Source: Planctomycetota bacterium (GTDB lineage Bacteria > Planctomycetota > UBA11346). From it: a stretch of DNA of 64,000 bases. The notes under the pieces were generated by a model that did no database searches, was not told the DNA's origin, and saw only the letters and a program-made list of their open reading frames with translations. A program made the position numbers and the translations under genes. This document shows, in pieces, positions 48,695-57,957 of the stretch. The first letter of the stretch is position 1. Each line of letters starts with the position of its first letter. Where the stretch lies: positions 4,243 to 68,242 of the forward strand of contig JBBQCI010000008.1 in assembly GCA_038318565.1 (NCBI GenBank), in the 5' to 3' direction.

Positions 48695-48724
48695 GGGCTA
48701 TCTCGGGCTATCTCGGGCTATCTC
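48695..48724. repeat. Tandem 10-bp repeat GGGCTATCTC x3
   Basis: Three exact copies about 20 nt upstream of the MerR-family start. Confidence 0.85.
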
Positions 48725-49082
48725 GTGTGCCGGCTGGCGCCTTGGCAGCGCCGAAACCTAAGTCGATTGTACAGGTTTCCCATAAACGCAACCCCTTGTC
48801 GCAACATAAACAGATAGAGTTATCCAGAAATGGCTCGTCTCGTGTAGAAGCTTACGGCACCGTCTTGGCACGATTTGTGTTTCTCATCAAATAAGCCCTT
48901 AACCATCAGGCTTGTAAAAGGTTACACGGGGTGCTCCAAGCCTCTCGTCGGCGACCTGGCCAGGCCGGCTGGTTTCGGACAGCGCACCAGCCTCAAGCTC
49001 GCTTAACACGTGGTGATGTACCCTCAGCTCTTGTCTTGCCAGTGGTCGACCCTGCCTAGCGTCTGCTCTCCCTGGAGCAGAC

Positions 49083-50237
49083 ATGACCGACCGCGCCTTC
49101 GCTGATCTGTGCACCGCAGCCGCCAACGCCTTGGCCGCCGTGCCCGCTGCACACAGCCCCGACATTCTGGTCGGTTTCGATGGCTTCATTGACGACATCA
49201 TCGACTTGGTCGACAAGCGCATCTCGCCCAGCGAATATACCCGCATCCCGAACATTACCGCCTTCGGCAACAAGGTCTTGGCGGCTGCCGGCAAGAGCGC
49301 CGGCATCGGCGCGGTGACCAAGGTAACCAAGCTCGGCGGCAATGGTCCGATCATGGCAAACGCCCTGTGCGCCCAGCAGTCGGCGGTCACCGCCATCGGC
49401 ATCCTCGGCGAACCGACGATCCATCCGGTGTTCCAGCCGCTGGCTGCGCGCGCCAAGCAGACCATCTCGCTCGGCAACGCCGCGGTCACCAGCGCCCTCG
49501 AATTCGAAGACGGCAAGGTGATGCTGAACTTCAGTGATCCGATGTCGACCATCACGTTCGACCATGTTGCCGCCCGCTGTGGCGGCATCAGTGGTCTTAA
49601 GGATCTGTTCAAGCGTTCGGCCGGTATCGCCTCGGTGAACTGGTCGCAGACGCCGGGCATGACCGCGATGTGGCGCCGCTTTGCCAAGGACATCTTCCCT
49701 GGGCTGCGCAACGACCGCCCTCTCTTCTTCGTCGACCTCGCCGATCCGCACCGCTGCCCCGATGACCAGATTCGCGACGGACTGGCCGCACTGGTGGACC
49801 TGCAGAAGCACGTCGATGTGGTGCTGGGCCTCAACGAGAATGAATGCCGCCAGATGTGCCAGATTTTCGCTATCCCCTACCCGGACACCAAGCCCGAATG
49901 GGAGGGCGCACGCGAGGCCTGTGTCGCCTTGCGCAAACATTTCGGCTACTCGCGCGTCATGTGCCACCTGGTCAAGAGCTCTGCTGTCGCCTGGGACGGC
50001 GGCAGCACGGCCTCGAACGGATTCTGGGAACCCAAGCCGAAGATCACCACCGGTGCCGGCGATCATTACAACGCCGGTTTCTTCGCCGCCCTGATTGCTG
50101 GCATCGCGCCAGCTCAGTGTCTGCAACTCGGCGGGGCGACCAGCGGCCACTACGTGCGCACCGGCGAATCACCGACCCGCGACCAGGTGATTGCGTTCTT
50201 GCGGGGTGCCGCCCAGAACGCAGTGGCCAAAGCCTGA
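49083..50237 (+). CDS. PfkB/ribokinase-family carbohydrate kinase
   Basis: GFDGFID, LGGNGPIMANAL, GLNENE, TTGAGDHYNAGF. Confidence 0.82.
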   Translation: MTDRAFADLCTAAANALAAVPAAHSPDILVGFDGFIDDIIDLVDKRISPSEYTRIPNITAFGNKVLAAAGKSAGIGAVTKVTKLGGNGPIMANALCAQQSAVTAIGILGEPTIHPVFQPLAARAKQTISLGNAAVTSALEFEDGKVMLNFSDPMSTITFDHVAARCGGISGLKDLFKRSAGIASVNWSQTPGMTAMWRRFAKDIFPGLRNDRPLFFVDLADPHRCPDDQIRDGLAALVDLQKHVDVVLGLNENECRQMCQIFAIPYPDTKPEWEGAREACVALRKHFGYSRVMCHLVKSSAVAWDGGSTASNGFWEPKPKITTGAGDHYNAGFFAALIAGIAPAQCLQLGGATSGHYVRTGESPTRDQVIAFLRGAAQNAVAKA

Positions 50238-50268
50238 TCGCCAGTCAAGGGGTCGGTGCTGACACGCA

Positions 50269-51696
50269 TTGATGCAACCTTGCCACCGACCTTCCCGCTC
50301 CTACAGATCCGCTCCCCCGCCCGTGACCATCCGACCCGTCATCGACATCGCTACCGCATGGCCACAGGTCGTGGCCATGGTGCGCACCCAGACCGGCAAT
50401 GAGCCCGGGGTGCGCATCTGGATCGACACGCCCAAAGTGCGCCCCATCAGCCTCGATGATGGCGAACTGCTGTTGGAGTGTCCGACCCCGACCTGGTCTC
50501 ATCAGCTGACCGGCCGCTATGCCCCGGCACTGCTAACGGCGGTGGCCGAGACGACCGGGACGGCAGTGTCTTCGGTGCGCTGCCGCATTCCTGGTGCCGC
50601 GGCCCGTGCCCATGAGCGCGAACTGGCCCGCTCGCTGACCCCAGCCACGGAAGCACCCAGACCGCAATCGACCCGCTCGGGTGGCAAGCTGCTCGATGAC
50701 TTCGTGGTCGGCTCGTGCAACCGGCTGGCCTACGATGCGGTCTGCCGCCTGCTCGATGCCCCCGAGAACCCGATCAATCCGGTGTTCATGCACGGGCCGT
50801 CAGGCGTCGGCAAGACCCACCTCGAACAGGGCCTGGCCCTCGCGTTCCGCGAGCGCTATCCCAAGAGCAAGGTCCTATACATCCGCTGCGAGCAGTTCAC
50901 CAACGACTTCATCGAAGCCTGCGAGAATGGCGGCGCAGCGATCAACGCCTTTCGCGTGCGCATGCGCCACCCCGACCTGCTGCTGATCGACGACATCCAC
51001 TTCCTCAGCAAGGGCCAAAAAGAACGCACCAAGGACGAGTTGTTCGCAACGTTCGAACACCTCGCCAACCACGGCAAGAAGGTGGTCATCACCTCGGACG
51101 CGAGCCCCAAGGACATCCAGTACCTGGAAGAGCGCTTCGTCAGCCGGTTCGCTGGCGGCCTGGTCGTTCCGCTCGATCGACCGGATCCACTGGTCCGGCG
51201 CGAGGTGGTCGAACGGCGGGCGCGGGATCAGGGTGTTGAATTGCCCGATGAGGTCCTGGAGTACGTCGCCGGTCACGTCACCGACAACGTGCGGATGCTG
51301 GAAGGCGCGGTGAACCGCTTGGTCCAGTTCGCCCAGAGCTTCCAGCGCCGCATCGACCTGGTGGCTGCACGCCAGTGCCTCGCCGACCTGATCGGCCGCG
51401 ACAAGGGCGAGGACGCCGTCGCCATGGTCCGTCGTGAAGTGGCTGGCCGCTATGGCTTGAAGCCAACCGACCTTGATGGCCGCTCGAAGACCCAGCCGCG
51501 CGCGGACGCCCGCTTCGTCGCCATGTACGTCATGCGCCATGTCACAGGCGGGACCTACGGAGCGATCGGTCAGATCTTCGGCATCAAGAACCACACCAGC
51601 GTCCTGCACGGCTGCGACAAGGTCCGCAAGATGCGCGGCTTGGATCCCGCCCTCGATGGCTTTATCGACGATCTGATCATCCGCGCCAAACGATAG
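50269..51696 (+). CDS. dnaA: Chromosomal replication initiator DnaA homolog
   Basis: FVVGSCNRLA, NPVFMHGPSGVGKTHL, LLLIDDIHFL, SRFAGGL, NVRMLEGA, domain IV 'IGQIFG.KNHTSVLH'. True start may be GTG at ~50323. Confidence 0.9.
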   Translation: MMQPCHRPSRSYRSAPPPVTIRPVIDIATAWPQVVAMVRTQTGNEPGVRIWIDTPKVRPISLDDGELLLECPTPTWSHQLTGRYAPALLTAVAETTGTAVSSVRCRIPGAAARAHERELARSLTPATEAPRPQSTRSGGKLLDDFVVGSCNRLAYDAVCRLLDAPENPINPVFMHGPSGVGKTHLEQGLALAFRERYPKSKVLYIRCEQFTNDFIEACENGGAAINAFRVRMRHPDLLLIDDIHFLSKGQKERTKDELFATFEHLANHGKKVVITSDASPKDIQYLEERFVSRFAGGLVVPLDRPDPLVRREVVERRARDQGVELPDEVLEYVAGHVTDNVRMLEGAVNRLVQFAQSFQRRIDLVAARQCLADLIGRDKGEDAVAMVRREVAGRYGLKPTDLDGRSKTQPRADARFVAMYVMRHVTGGTYGAIGQIFGIKNHTSVLHGCDKVRKMRGLDPALDGFIDDLIIRAKR

Positions 51697-51721
51697 GAGC
51701 CCCCTGCTTTGGTCGGGGCTG

Positions 51722-52601
51722 CTAGCCTTCGCACACCAGCCGTACCGGCCCGATCAGTCCGCTAGTCAGGTCGCCATGGTAGCGGGTCGGGATGGTGCGG
51801 TAGTGGTTGGCGAGAGTGTTGCTGACGCGGATCTCCAGGCGATTGCGTCCCCGGCGCAGGCGGCCGGTCAGCTCGATGCGCCAGGGCGCGGACAGCAACG
51901 TGCCGACGTGCTCCCCATTGAGCATCACCCGGGCAGTGGCGCCGACCGCGCCGAGATCGAGCCAGCTACGGCTGCCGGCCTCGCCGACCGAGCCGCGGAT
52001 GCAGCGGATCGAGCGAATGCGCGATCGGCTCGCTCCACAACGCGACCACCAGCCAGGTGCCGGGCGGGCAGGTCCAGCGCACGCTGCGCGAGCCGCCGAG
52101 GTCACGGCCGGCCGCGCCATCGGCGGCTGCGCCGCGCAGCGGATAGGCGCGCACGCATAGCGGATCCTGCGGCAATTCCTCGCTGAGTGCCGCCCCATCA
52201 GCGACGGTTACGACGCGGTGGCGCAGCACCGCGCCGCGGAAGGACGGATCAGCGGCGATGCGGTCGACCCACTGGCCGTTCCCGGGCCAAGCTAAGGTGT
52301 AGTCGCTGAGGCCGATGCGCAGACCGCGCTCGTGGCAGGCCGCCACGGTGTCATCCCACACCCGCCACCAGGCTTCGCTAAACAACGGCGGATCGCTCGG
52401 GTAGGTCAGGCCGTAGCCGCCGCCACCATGCGGGGCATGGGCGTAATTGACCTGCACGCCAGAAACGCCGCAGCCGGCCAGCCGGTCAAGCTGCCAGCGC
52501 AGCCGCGCCGGATCGAGACGATCACCGTTCCACCACCAGAATGGCACCTCGCCATAGCCGGGCGGGGGCGAGCGGAAGTCGGCGGGGTCGACTGCTGGCA
52601 T
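51722..52601 (-). pseudogene. Internally deleted, frameshifted GH106-like (alpha-L-rhamnosidase-type) glycoside hydrolase
   Basis: N-terminal 'F.SPP...PFWWWNG...LRWQLD' (52601-51966) joined out of frame to C-terminal 'LDLG.V...ARV.LNG...G.....PWR......LR.G.N.LEIRVSNTLAN...SGLIGPV'. Confidence 0.75.
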
Positions 52602-52648
52602 GGAGGATCTCCTGACGTTCAGGCGCCATCTTCTCAATCATTATTGAT

Positions 52649-53515
52649 ATGAGCATGCACTTCCATCCTGAAGACATGGATGATCATACGGCTATGCTCG
52701 CCATCCTCTCAGCCACCGGGCGTCCCGTGCCGCTCGCCACGACGGCGGTGCTGCTGCGCGGGCTCGGCCGCTACGAGGCCCTGGCGGGGTGGTCGACGGC
52801 GGGGCCGTACCGCAATCTTGGCCACAGTTTCTACGAGATCGTCTCCGGCGAGGCGGCGATCGCCGTCGACGGCCGCTGGCAGCCGCTGCGTCCGGGCTGG
52901 CTCTATGCCATCCCCGGGCACCGCCAGGTGCAGCGGCGGACCAGCGGTTTCGTTCATCTGCATGCCGACTTCAACCTCGGCTCGTTCACTGACGATCTGC
53001 ATCTCGGCCGCCTCGACCGCGCGCTAGAGTTCACCCTTGCGACGGCTGGGCCGTGGAGCCACGCCCTGCACTGCGCCTGTCCCCTCGGCATCACCGGTCT
53101 GGCGGCGCAGCCGGCGACGGCGCTGGCCCTGGAAGGGACGCTGCTCGGCGTGATCTCGGCAATGCGCAAAGCCGCTGGACCAGGCCCGCCGCCGCCGCCG
53201 CGCGATGGACCGGTGGCCGCCGCCCTCTCCTTCCTCGACCGCCATTACATGCACATGCCCGCGCTGGCCGAGACGGCACGCGCCGCCGGTCGCTCGCCGG
53301 CGCATCTGCATGCCTGCTTTACCGCGGCGATCGGCCGCACCCCGGCAGCCTACGCGCTCGACCGGCGCATGGGCGAGGCACACCAGCTGCTCACTGCTAC
53401 CGCCTTGTCGGTGGCGCTGGTGGCGCAACGATGCGGCTACGCCGATCCGCTGCACTTCTCGCGCGTGGTGCGGCAGTACTTCGGTCGCAGCCCCTCGAAG
53501 CTGCGCGCTGGCTAG
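52649..53515 (+). CDS. AraC-family transcriptional regulator
   Basis: C-terminal 'VAQRCGYADPLHFSRVVRQYFGRSPSKLR'; divergent from the GH106 relic. Confidence 0.9.
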   Translation: MSMHFHPEDMDDHTAMLAILSATGRPVPLATTAVLLRGLGRYEALAGWSTAGPYRNLGHSFYEIVSGEAAIAVDGRWQPLRPGWLYAIPGHRQVQRRTSGFVHLHADFNLGSFTDDLHLGRLDRALEFTLATAGPWSHALHCACPLGITGLAAQPATALALEGTLLGVISAMRKAAGPGPPPPPRDGPVAAALSFLDRHYMHMPALAETARAAGRSPAHLHACFTAAIGRTPAAYALDRRMGEAHQLLTATALSVALVAQRCGYADPLHFSRVVRQYFGRSPSKLRAG

Positions 53516-53974
53516 GCGCGACCCAGCCGAGCCCTTCTGGGCGAAGGACGGACCTGCCTCAGCGAACTCAGATAACACGTAAACACTGACGCATCAAAGA
53601 CATATCGTCCGGTCACCGACAAGCGAGCCTGCCTATATTGGCCTGAATCATGTGGCAGATCTGGAACCTCGTGGCGCCCGCCAGCGCTCGTGTAGCAGGC
53701 GGTAGCAGGGACGGTGGAGATGTTGTGCTAACGTCCACGCATGCAGGCGAAGCAAGCCTGCGCCATCGCCCCCGAATGTCACCATTGTCGACTGAATCAC
53801 CCGATAGGTCATCTCAGCTGTTTCAGACCGTTTGCATACGAGCAACGCCCTCGGTGCCACCCGGTGCCACCCCACCCCAAGATCCGACGATGAACCAGTG
53901 CTTGGCATGACCACCTATCCACTCTATAAGCGTGGTACCTCATCGCCCACCGGCATCGTGCCGAAGGAGTCAAC

Positions 53975-55618
53975 GTGCGTCCCGTCAAGCTGCTGCTCGC
54001 CGTCGCCTGCTGTGTTCCGTCCATGTCTGCCGCTGATGTAGCGGTCGCAACACGCAAGAACCAGCCGGTCACCATCGAGCGCTTGCTGGCTACGCCACAG
54101 AGCTACCAGATGGCGACGGTGACCTTCCCGGCCATCTGGATCGGCGTGACCGACGTCTACGACCCACAACGCAGCCACTTCCATGCCGAGCGCTACACCA
54201 ACCTCTCGGTGTGGGACAACCGTGCGCCGCTGTGGGTGCCGACCGCTCGGGCCAAGACCCTCAGCACGCTGTACATGAGCAAGGACACCCCGGGCGCCGA
54301 TCGCCCGGCTTCATTCAAGCGTTTCGACCCGGTGATCATCGAAGGCCGCATCATGATGGTGATGGACGGCCAGCCGTGGATTGATGTCACGGCCATCCAC
54401 TTGGCCAGCGATGGCGCCAGTGTCCGCACCAAGGAGAAGGAACCCGCCTTCACCACGGCTGCGATCGCCCAGATCGAACGGGCCGTGGCTTTTGCTGCTG
54501 AGGATGCCCGCGAATTGGCGGAAGAGCATTTCGCTGCCGCCATGGCGTCGAATCTGCCGCCCTCGGCCCGCGTCTCGATCGGTGACATGCGGGCCCGTTC
54601 GTTGATGGCCTCCAACCGCTGGGACGATGCCTCGACCGTCCTGCGCTCGATACTGCCGATCGCCGAGAAGGACTCCTTGGTTCCCCCTGCAACGTTGGCA
54701 GGCATGTATTCAGCCCTGGCCCGCTGCATCAGCGAATCTGCCGGCAGCGACCAGGCCAAGCATACCGAAGCCGTGGCCGCCGCAGAGAAGGCGGTGGCGA
54801 TCGATCCGACCCTGTCCGAAGCGTATGCCGTGCTGGGCGTCTCGTTGGCCGGTCTCGGCCGCTTCGACGAAGCCCGCATGCAATGTGACCGCGCGGTTCG
54901 TATGCGGCCGGACGATGCTGCCGTCCGCTTGGCTCTTGGCCGCATCCTCGACCAGCAGGGACGCCACGACGAGGCGATCGAGGCGCTCAAGCGTGCCATC
55001 GACCTGACCCCCAAGGACGCCCGCGTGCATCGGGCGATCGCTGCCGCCTACCTCAATCGCGGCAAGCAGGGCAACCCAGCCGATCTGCCCATCGCGCTCA
55101 AGGAGTGCGATATCACTCTGCGTCTCAATCCGCAGGATGCCGAAGCCCACATCCTGGCAGCCCAGGTCCTGGAAAGTGCCATCGCCGGCGCTGTCGAGAT
55201 GCCCTTGGGTGATGGTAAGGCTGTCCCAACTCGTGCCCAGGTCGACGAACGGTATAAAGCTGCGCTGGCCATCGATCCGAACCAAGCGGCAGCGAAGGCC
55301 GCTGAAGCCAGCGCCAAGGCTAAAGCGGACGCTGAAGCAGTAGCCCGGGGTGCTGAAGCAGAGGCTAAGGCCAAAGCGGACGCCGAAGCAGAGGCTAAGG
55401 CCAAAGCGGACGCCGAAGCAGAGGCTAAGGCCAAAGCGGACGCTGAAGCAGAGGCTAAGGGCAAAGCGGACGCCGAAGCAGAGGCTAAGGCCAAAGCGGA
55501 CGCTGAAGCAGAGGCTAAGGCCAAAGCGGACGCCGAAGCCAAGCCAATAACCGACCCGGCCACTCCAGAAGTCACGCCAACCCCCGTCGAAGCGCCCCCC
55601 GCGATCCCTGCGCCCTGA
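53975..55618 (+). CDS. Secreted TPR protein with C-terminal Ala/Glu/Lys repeat tail
   Basis: AAGGAG RBS, signal peptide, TPRs ('AYAVLGVSLAGLGRFDEA', 'LALGRILDQQGRHDEAIEALKRAIDLTP'), (AEAEAKAKAD)x6. Confidence 0.8.
   Translation: MRPVKLLLAVACCVPSMSAADVAVATRKNQPVTIERLLATPQSYQMATVTFPAIWIGVTDVYDPQRSHFHAERYTNLSVWDNRAPLWVPTARAKTLSTLYMSKDTPGADRPASFKRFDPVIIEGRIMMVMDGQPWIDVTAIHLASDGASVRTKEKEPAFTTAAIAQIERAVAFAAEDARELAEEHFAAAMASNLPPSARVSIGDMRARSLMASNRWDDASTVLRSILPIAEKDSLVPPATLAGMYSALARCISESAGSDQAKHTEAVAAAEKAVAIDPTLSEAYAVLGVSLAGLGRFDEARMQCDRAVRMRPDDAAVRLALGRILDQQGRHDEAIEALKRAIDLTPKDARVHRAIAAAYLNRGKQGNPADLPIALKECDITLRLNPQDAEAHILAAQVLESAIAGAVEMPLGDGKAVPTRAQVDERYKAALAIDPNQAAAKAAEASAKAKADAEAVARGAEAEAKAKADAEAEAKAKADAEAEAKAKADAEAEAKGKADAEAEAKAKADAEAEAKAKADAEAKPITDPATPEVTPTPVEAPPAIPAP
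55352..55539 (+). repeat. 30-bp coding tandem repeat x6 plus a partial copy (AEAEAKAKAD)
   Basis: GCYGAAGCAGAGGCTAAGGSCAAAGCGGAC repeated almost identically. Confidence 0.9.
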
Positions 55619-55697
55619 CCTGGCCGCGTAGCACTGGCGTCACGCCAACGACTTTGCACCATCCGCCCCAGTGCCCCGCACTGGGGCGGATCGTTGC

Positions 55698-57344
55698 ATG
55701 CTCCGCGAACTTACCGTCACCAACCTCATCATCGTCGAGCGCGCCCGGTTGACCCCGGGAGAAGGCCTGACCGTGATTACCGGCGAGACCGGGGCCGGCA
55801 AATCACTGCTGTTGGACGCGCTCGATCTGATCGCCGGGGGACGCGCCTCGGCCGAGTTGGTCGGCCCACGTGGCGATGCTTGCGAGGTCTGTGCTGACTT
55901 CAGTGTCGACGGCAAACGTGCAGCCCTTATCCAGGCCGCCTGCGGGATCACCGACAGCGATGGGTCCTTCATTCTCCGCCGACGCATCCGCAGCGATGGT
56001 CGTGGTCAGGCCTGGATCAATGATACGCCGGTCACAGTTGCCGGCCTGCGCTCCGCGGCCGCGCATTTGATCGAAATCCACGCCCAGGACCGCGCACGAC
56101 AACTGGCCGAACCAGGCGAACAGCTGGCCGCCATCGACCTGCACGGGGGACTGGCCGCGCAATCCGCGAACTATGCCGTGGCCCACCGCGGCGTGCTCGA
56201 TCTTGAGGCCGAATCTCTACGCCTTGCCGAAGGCGACCGTGGCAGCGCCCGCGAGCTGGAATTCCTCCGTTTCCAACGTCGCGAGTTCGATGCCCTGGCA
56301 CCCAAAGTGGGAGAATTCCCTGAGTTGGAATCTCGCCACCGGCTGTTGTCTGAGGCCGAAAGCTGGCGCGGCCTGTGCGAAGAAGCGACCGCCATCCTGA
56401 CCGACGATGACCGTGCTGCTGCCCGCGCGGTCGGCCGGCTGGCACGCAAACTGGCCGACGCCCCAAGCGCGGCCCTGCGCGACGCCGGTGCCCAACTCGC
56501 CGCAGCCACCGAAATCCTGCAGTCGGCTTCCGCGGCGTGTTCCTCAGCAGCCGAGTCGATCAGCGCTGACCCAGGCGAACTCGCCACGGTCAGCAGTCGA
56601 CTCGATGCGTATCACGAGTTCATGCGCAAGCACGGCGGTGACGAGAACGCCCTCTTTGCCGCCATCGCCCAGATCGACACCCGAATCGGTGAACTGGACG
56701 GCCTCGACGGCCGCCGCGAAGCCGTCGCCGGCGATCTGGCTTCGGCACGCCAACAGCGCGACCAACTGGGCAAAGCCCTGGCCGAATCCCGGCGAACGGC
56801 CTTCGCCCCGCTCGCCAAAGACATCCATCGCCACCTGGCCGACCTCGGAATGCCCAAGGCCAAGGTGAAACTACACGAGGACGACGGTCCGGCGACGTCC
56901 CTCGGCACGATCGCGATGCAGATCCACGTGCAGACCAATCCAGGCATGCCTGGCGGTCCTATTTCGGCGGTCGCATCCGGCGGCGAGACCTCTCGACTGC
57001 TGCTCGCCTTGGCCGCTGCCACGGCCAATCAGGCCGGCACCCCCCTGGTGGTCTTCGATGAGGTCGATGCCGGGGTGGGTGGACGCCTGGGTGCCGCCAT
57101 CGGGGGCAAACTTGCCCGTCTCGCCGAGGCTCGTAGCGTCCTCGTCGTGACCCATACACCACAGGTCGCCGCTGCCGCTGCCGCCCACTATGTGGTGCGC
57201 AAGCGTCAGGGTATGGATCAGACCTCAGTTGCCGTTGAACGCCTTGCCGACAACGACCGTCTCGGCGAACTGGCCGAGATGCTGGGGGGTGGAGCGCCGG
57301 CCAAGGCCCAAGCCAAGGCCCTGCTTGCCGAGGCTCGGGCGTGA
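55698..57344 (+). CDS. recN: DNA repair protein RecN
   Basis: ITGETGAGKS, IEIHAQ, ASGGETSRLLLA, VFDEVDAGVGG, VTHTPQVAA. Confidence 0.93.
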   Translation: MLRELTVTNLIIVERARLTPGEGLTVITGETGAGKSLLLDALDLIAGGRASAELVGPRGDACEVCADFSVDGKRAALIQAACGITDSDGSFILRRRIRSDGRGQAWINDTPVTVAGLRSAAAHLIEIHAQDRARQLAEPGEQLAAIDLHGGLAAQSANYAVAHRGVLDLEAESLRLAEGDRGSARELEFLRFQRREFDALAPKVGEFPELESRHRLLSEAESWRGLCEEATAILTDDDRAAARAVGRLARKLADAPSAALRDAGAQLAAATEILQSASAACSSAAESISADPGELATVSSRLDAYHEFMRKHGGDENALFAAIAQIDTRIGELDGLDGRREAVAGDLASARQQRDQLGKALAESRRTAFAPLAKDIHRHLADLGMPKAKVKLHEDDGPATSLGTIAMQIHVQTNPGMPGGPISAVASGGETSRLLLALAAATANQAGTPLVVFDEVDAGVGGRLGAAIGGKLARLAEARSVLVVTHTPQVAAAAAAHYVVRKRQGMDQTSVAVERLADNDRLGELAEMLGGGAPAKAQAKALLAEARA

Positions 57345-57895
57345 CGGAACCCAACACTGGACGCATCGTCAGGACACCCAAGCCGAGCGGCTCGGGCGGC
57401 AGCCTGACTCGTTACCGCATCGCCCGCAATGCGACCATGGTCTACGTCCGGGTTGAAGGCCTGGCGAATATGAAGTCAGCGCCGCTGCTCCATGCTTTCC
57501 TGGCCAAGGCCCGCGACGAAGGCACCTGCAGCTCGTATATCGATCTCTCGGGCTGCCTGGGCATGGATTCGACGTTCATGGGGTTGCTGGTCGGCAACGC
57601 GCAGGCCTTCAACGAAAAGGGCGGACGCCTGGCGGTGGTCAAGCCGAACGACCTATGTTTGCGTCTGCTCAGGCAACTGGGCGTCGATGAAGTGGTGACC
57701 GTGGTACCAGACGCCGAGGTGCCCAGCGCCGAATACATCGACATAGCTGGCGACACCGCGGTCGATATGAAGGCGCGTACCGATCTGGTCCGCCAGGCGC
57801 ATCAGGATCTCGCTTCGCTCAGCGACGAGAACCGCGCCAAGTTCGGCGCCTTCCTCAAGGCGTTGGACGACGATCTGGCCAAGAAGAAGCCCTAG
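57341..57895 (+). CDS. STAS-domain anti-sigma factor antagonist
   Basis: 'IDLSGCLGMDSTFMGLL' phosphorylatable Ser motif. Confidence 0.85.
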   Translation: MTEPNTGRIVRTPKPSGSGGSLTRYRIARNATMVYVRVEGLANMKSAPLLHAFLAKARDEGTCSSYIDLSGCLGMDSTFMGLLVGNAQAFNEKGGRLAVVKPNDLCLRLLRQLGVDEVVTVVPDAEVPSAEYIDIAGDTAVDMKARTDLVRQAHQDLASLSDENRAKFGAFLKALDDDLAKKKP

Positions 57896-57957
57896 ACTGC
57901 CCCTGGCTGACGGCTGGACGCACGAAGCCCACATCCTGCCCGTACCTCGCCGAACGC

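Noticed and set aside
48730-48930. oriC near dnaA
   Set aside because: AT-richer region, but only one 1-mismatch DnaA box (TTATCCAGA, 48820) and no cluster; more simply a divergent promoter region.
53590-53970. Riboswitch or small ORF upstream of the TPR gene
   Set aside because: Only short hairpins and a CGGTGCCACC duplication; no recognisable aptamer or coding signal.
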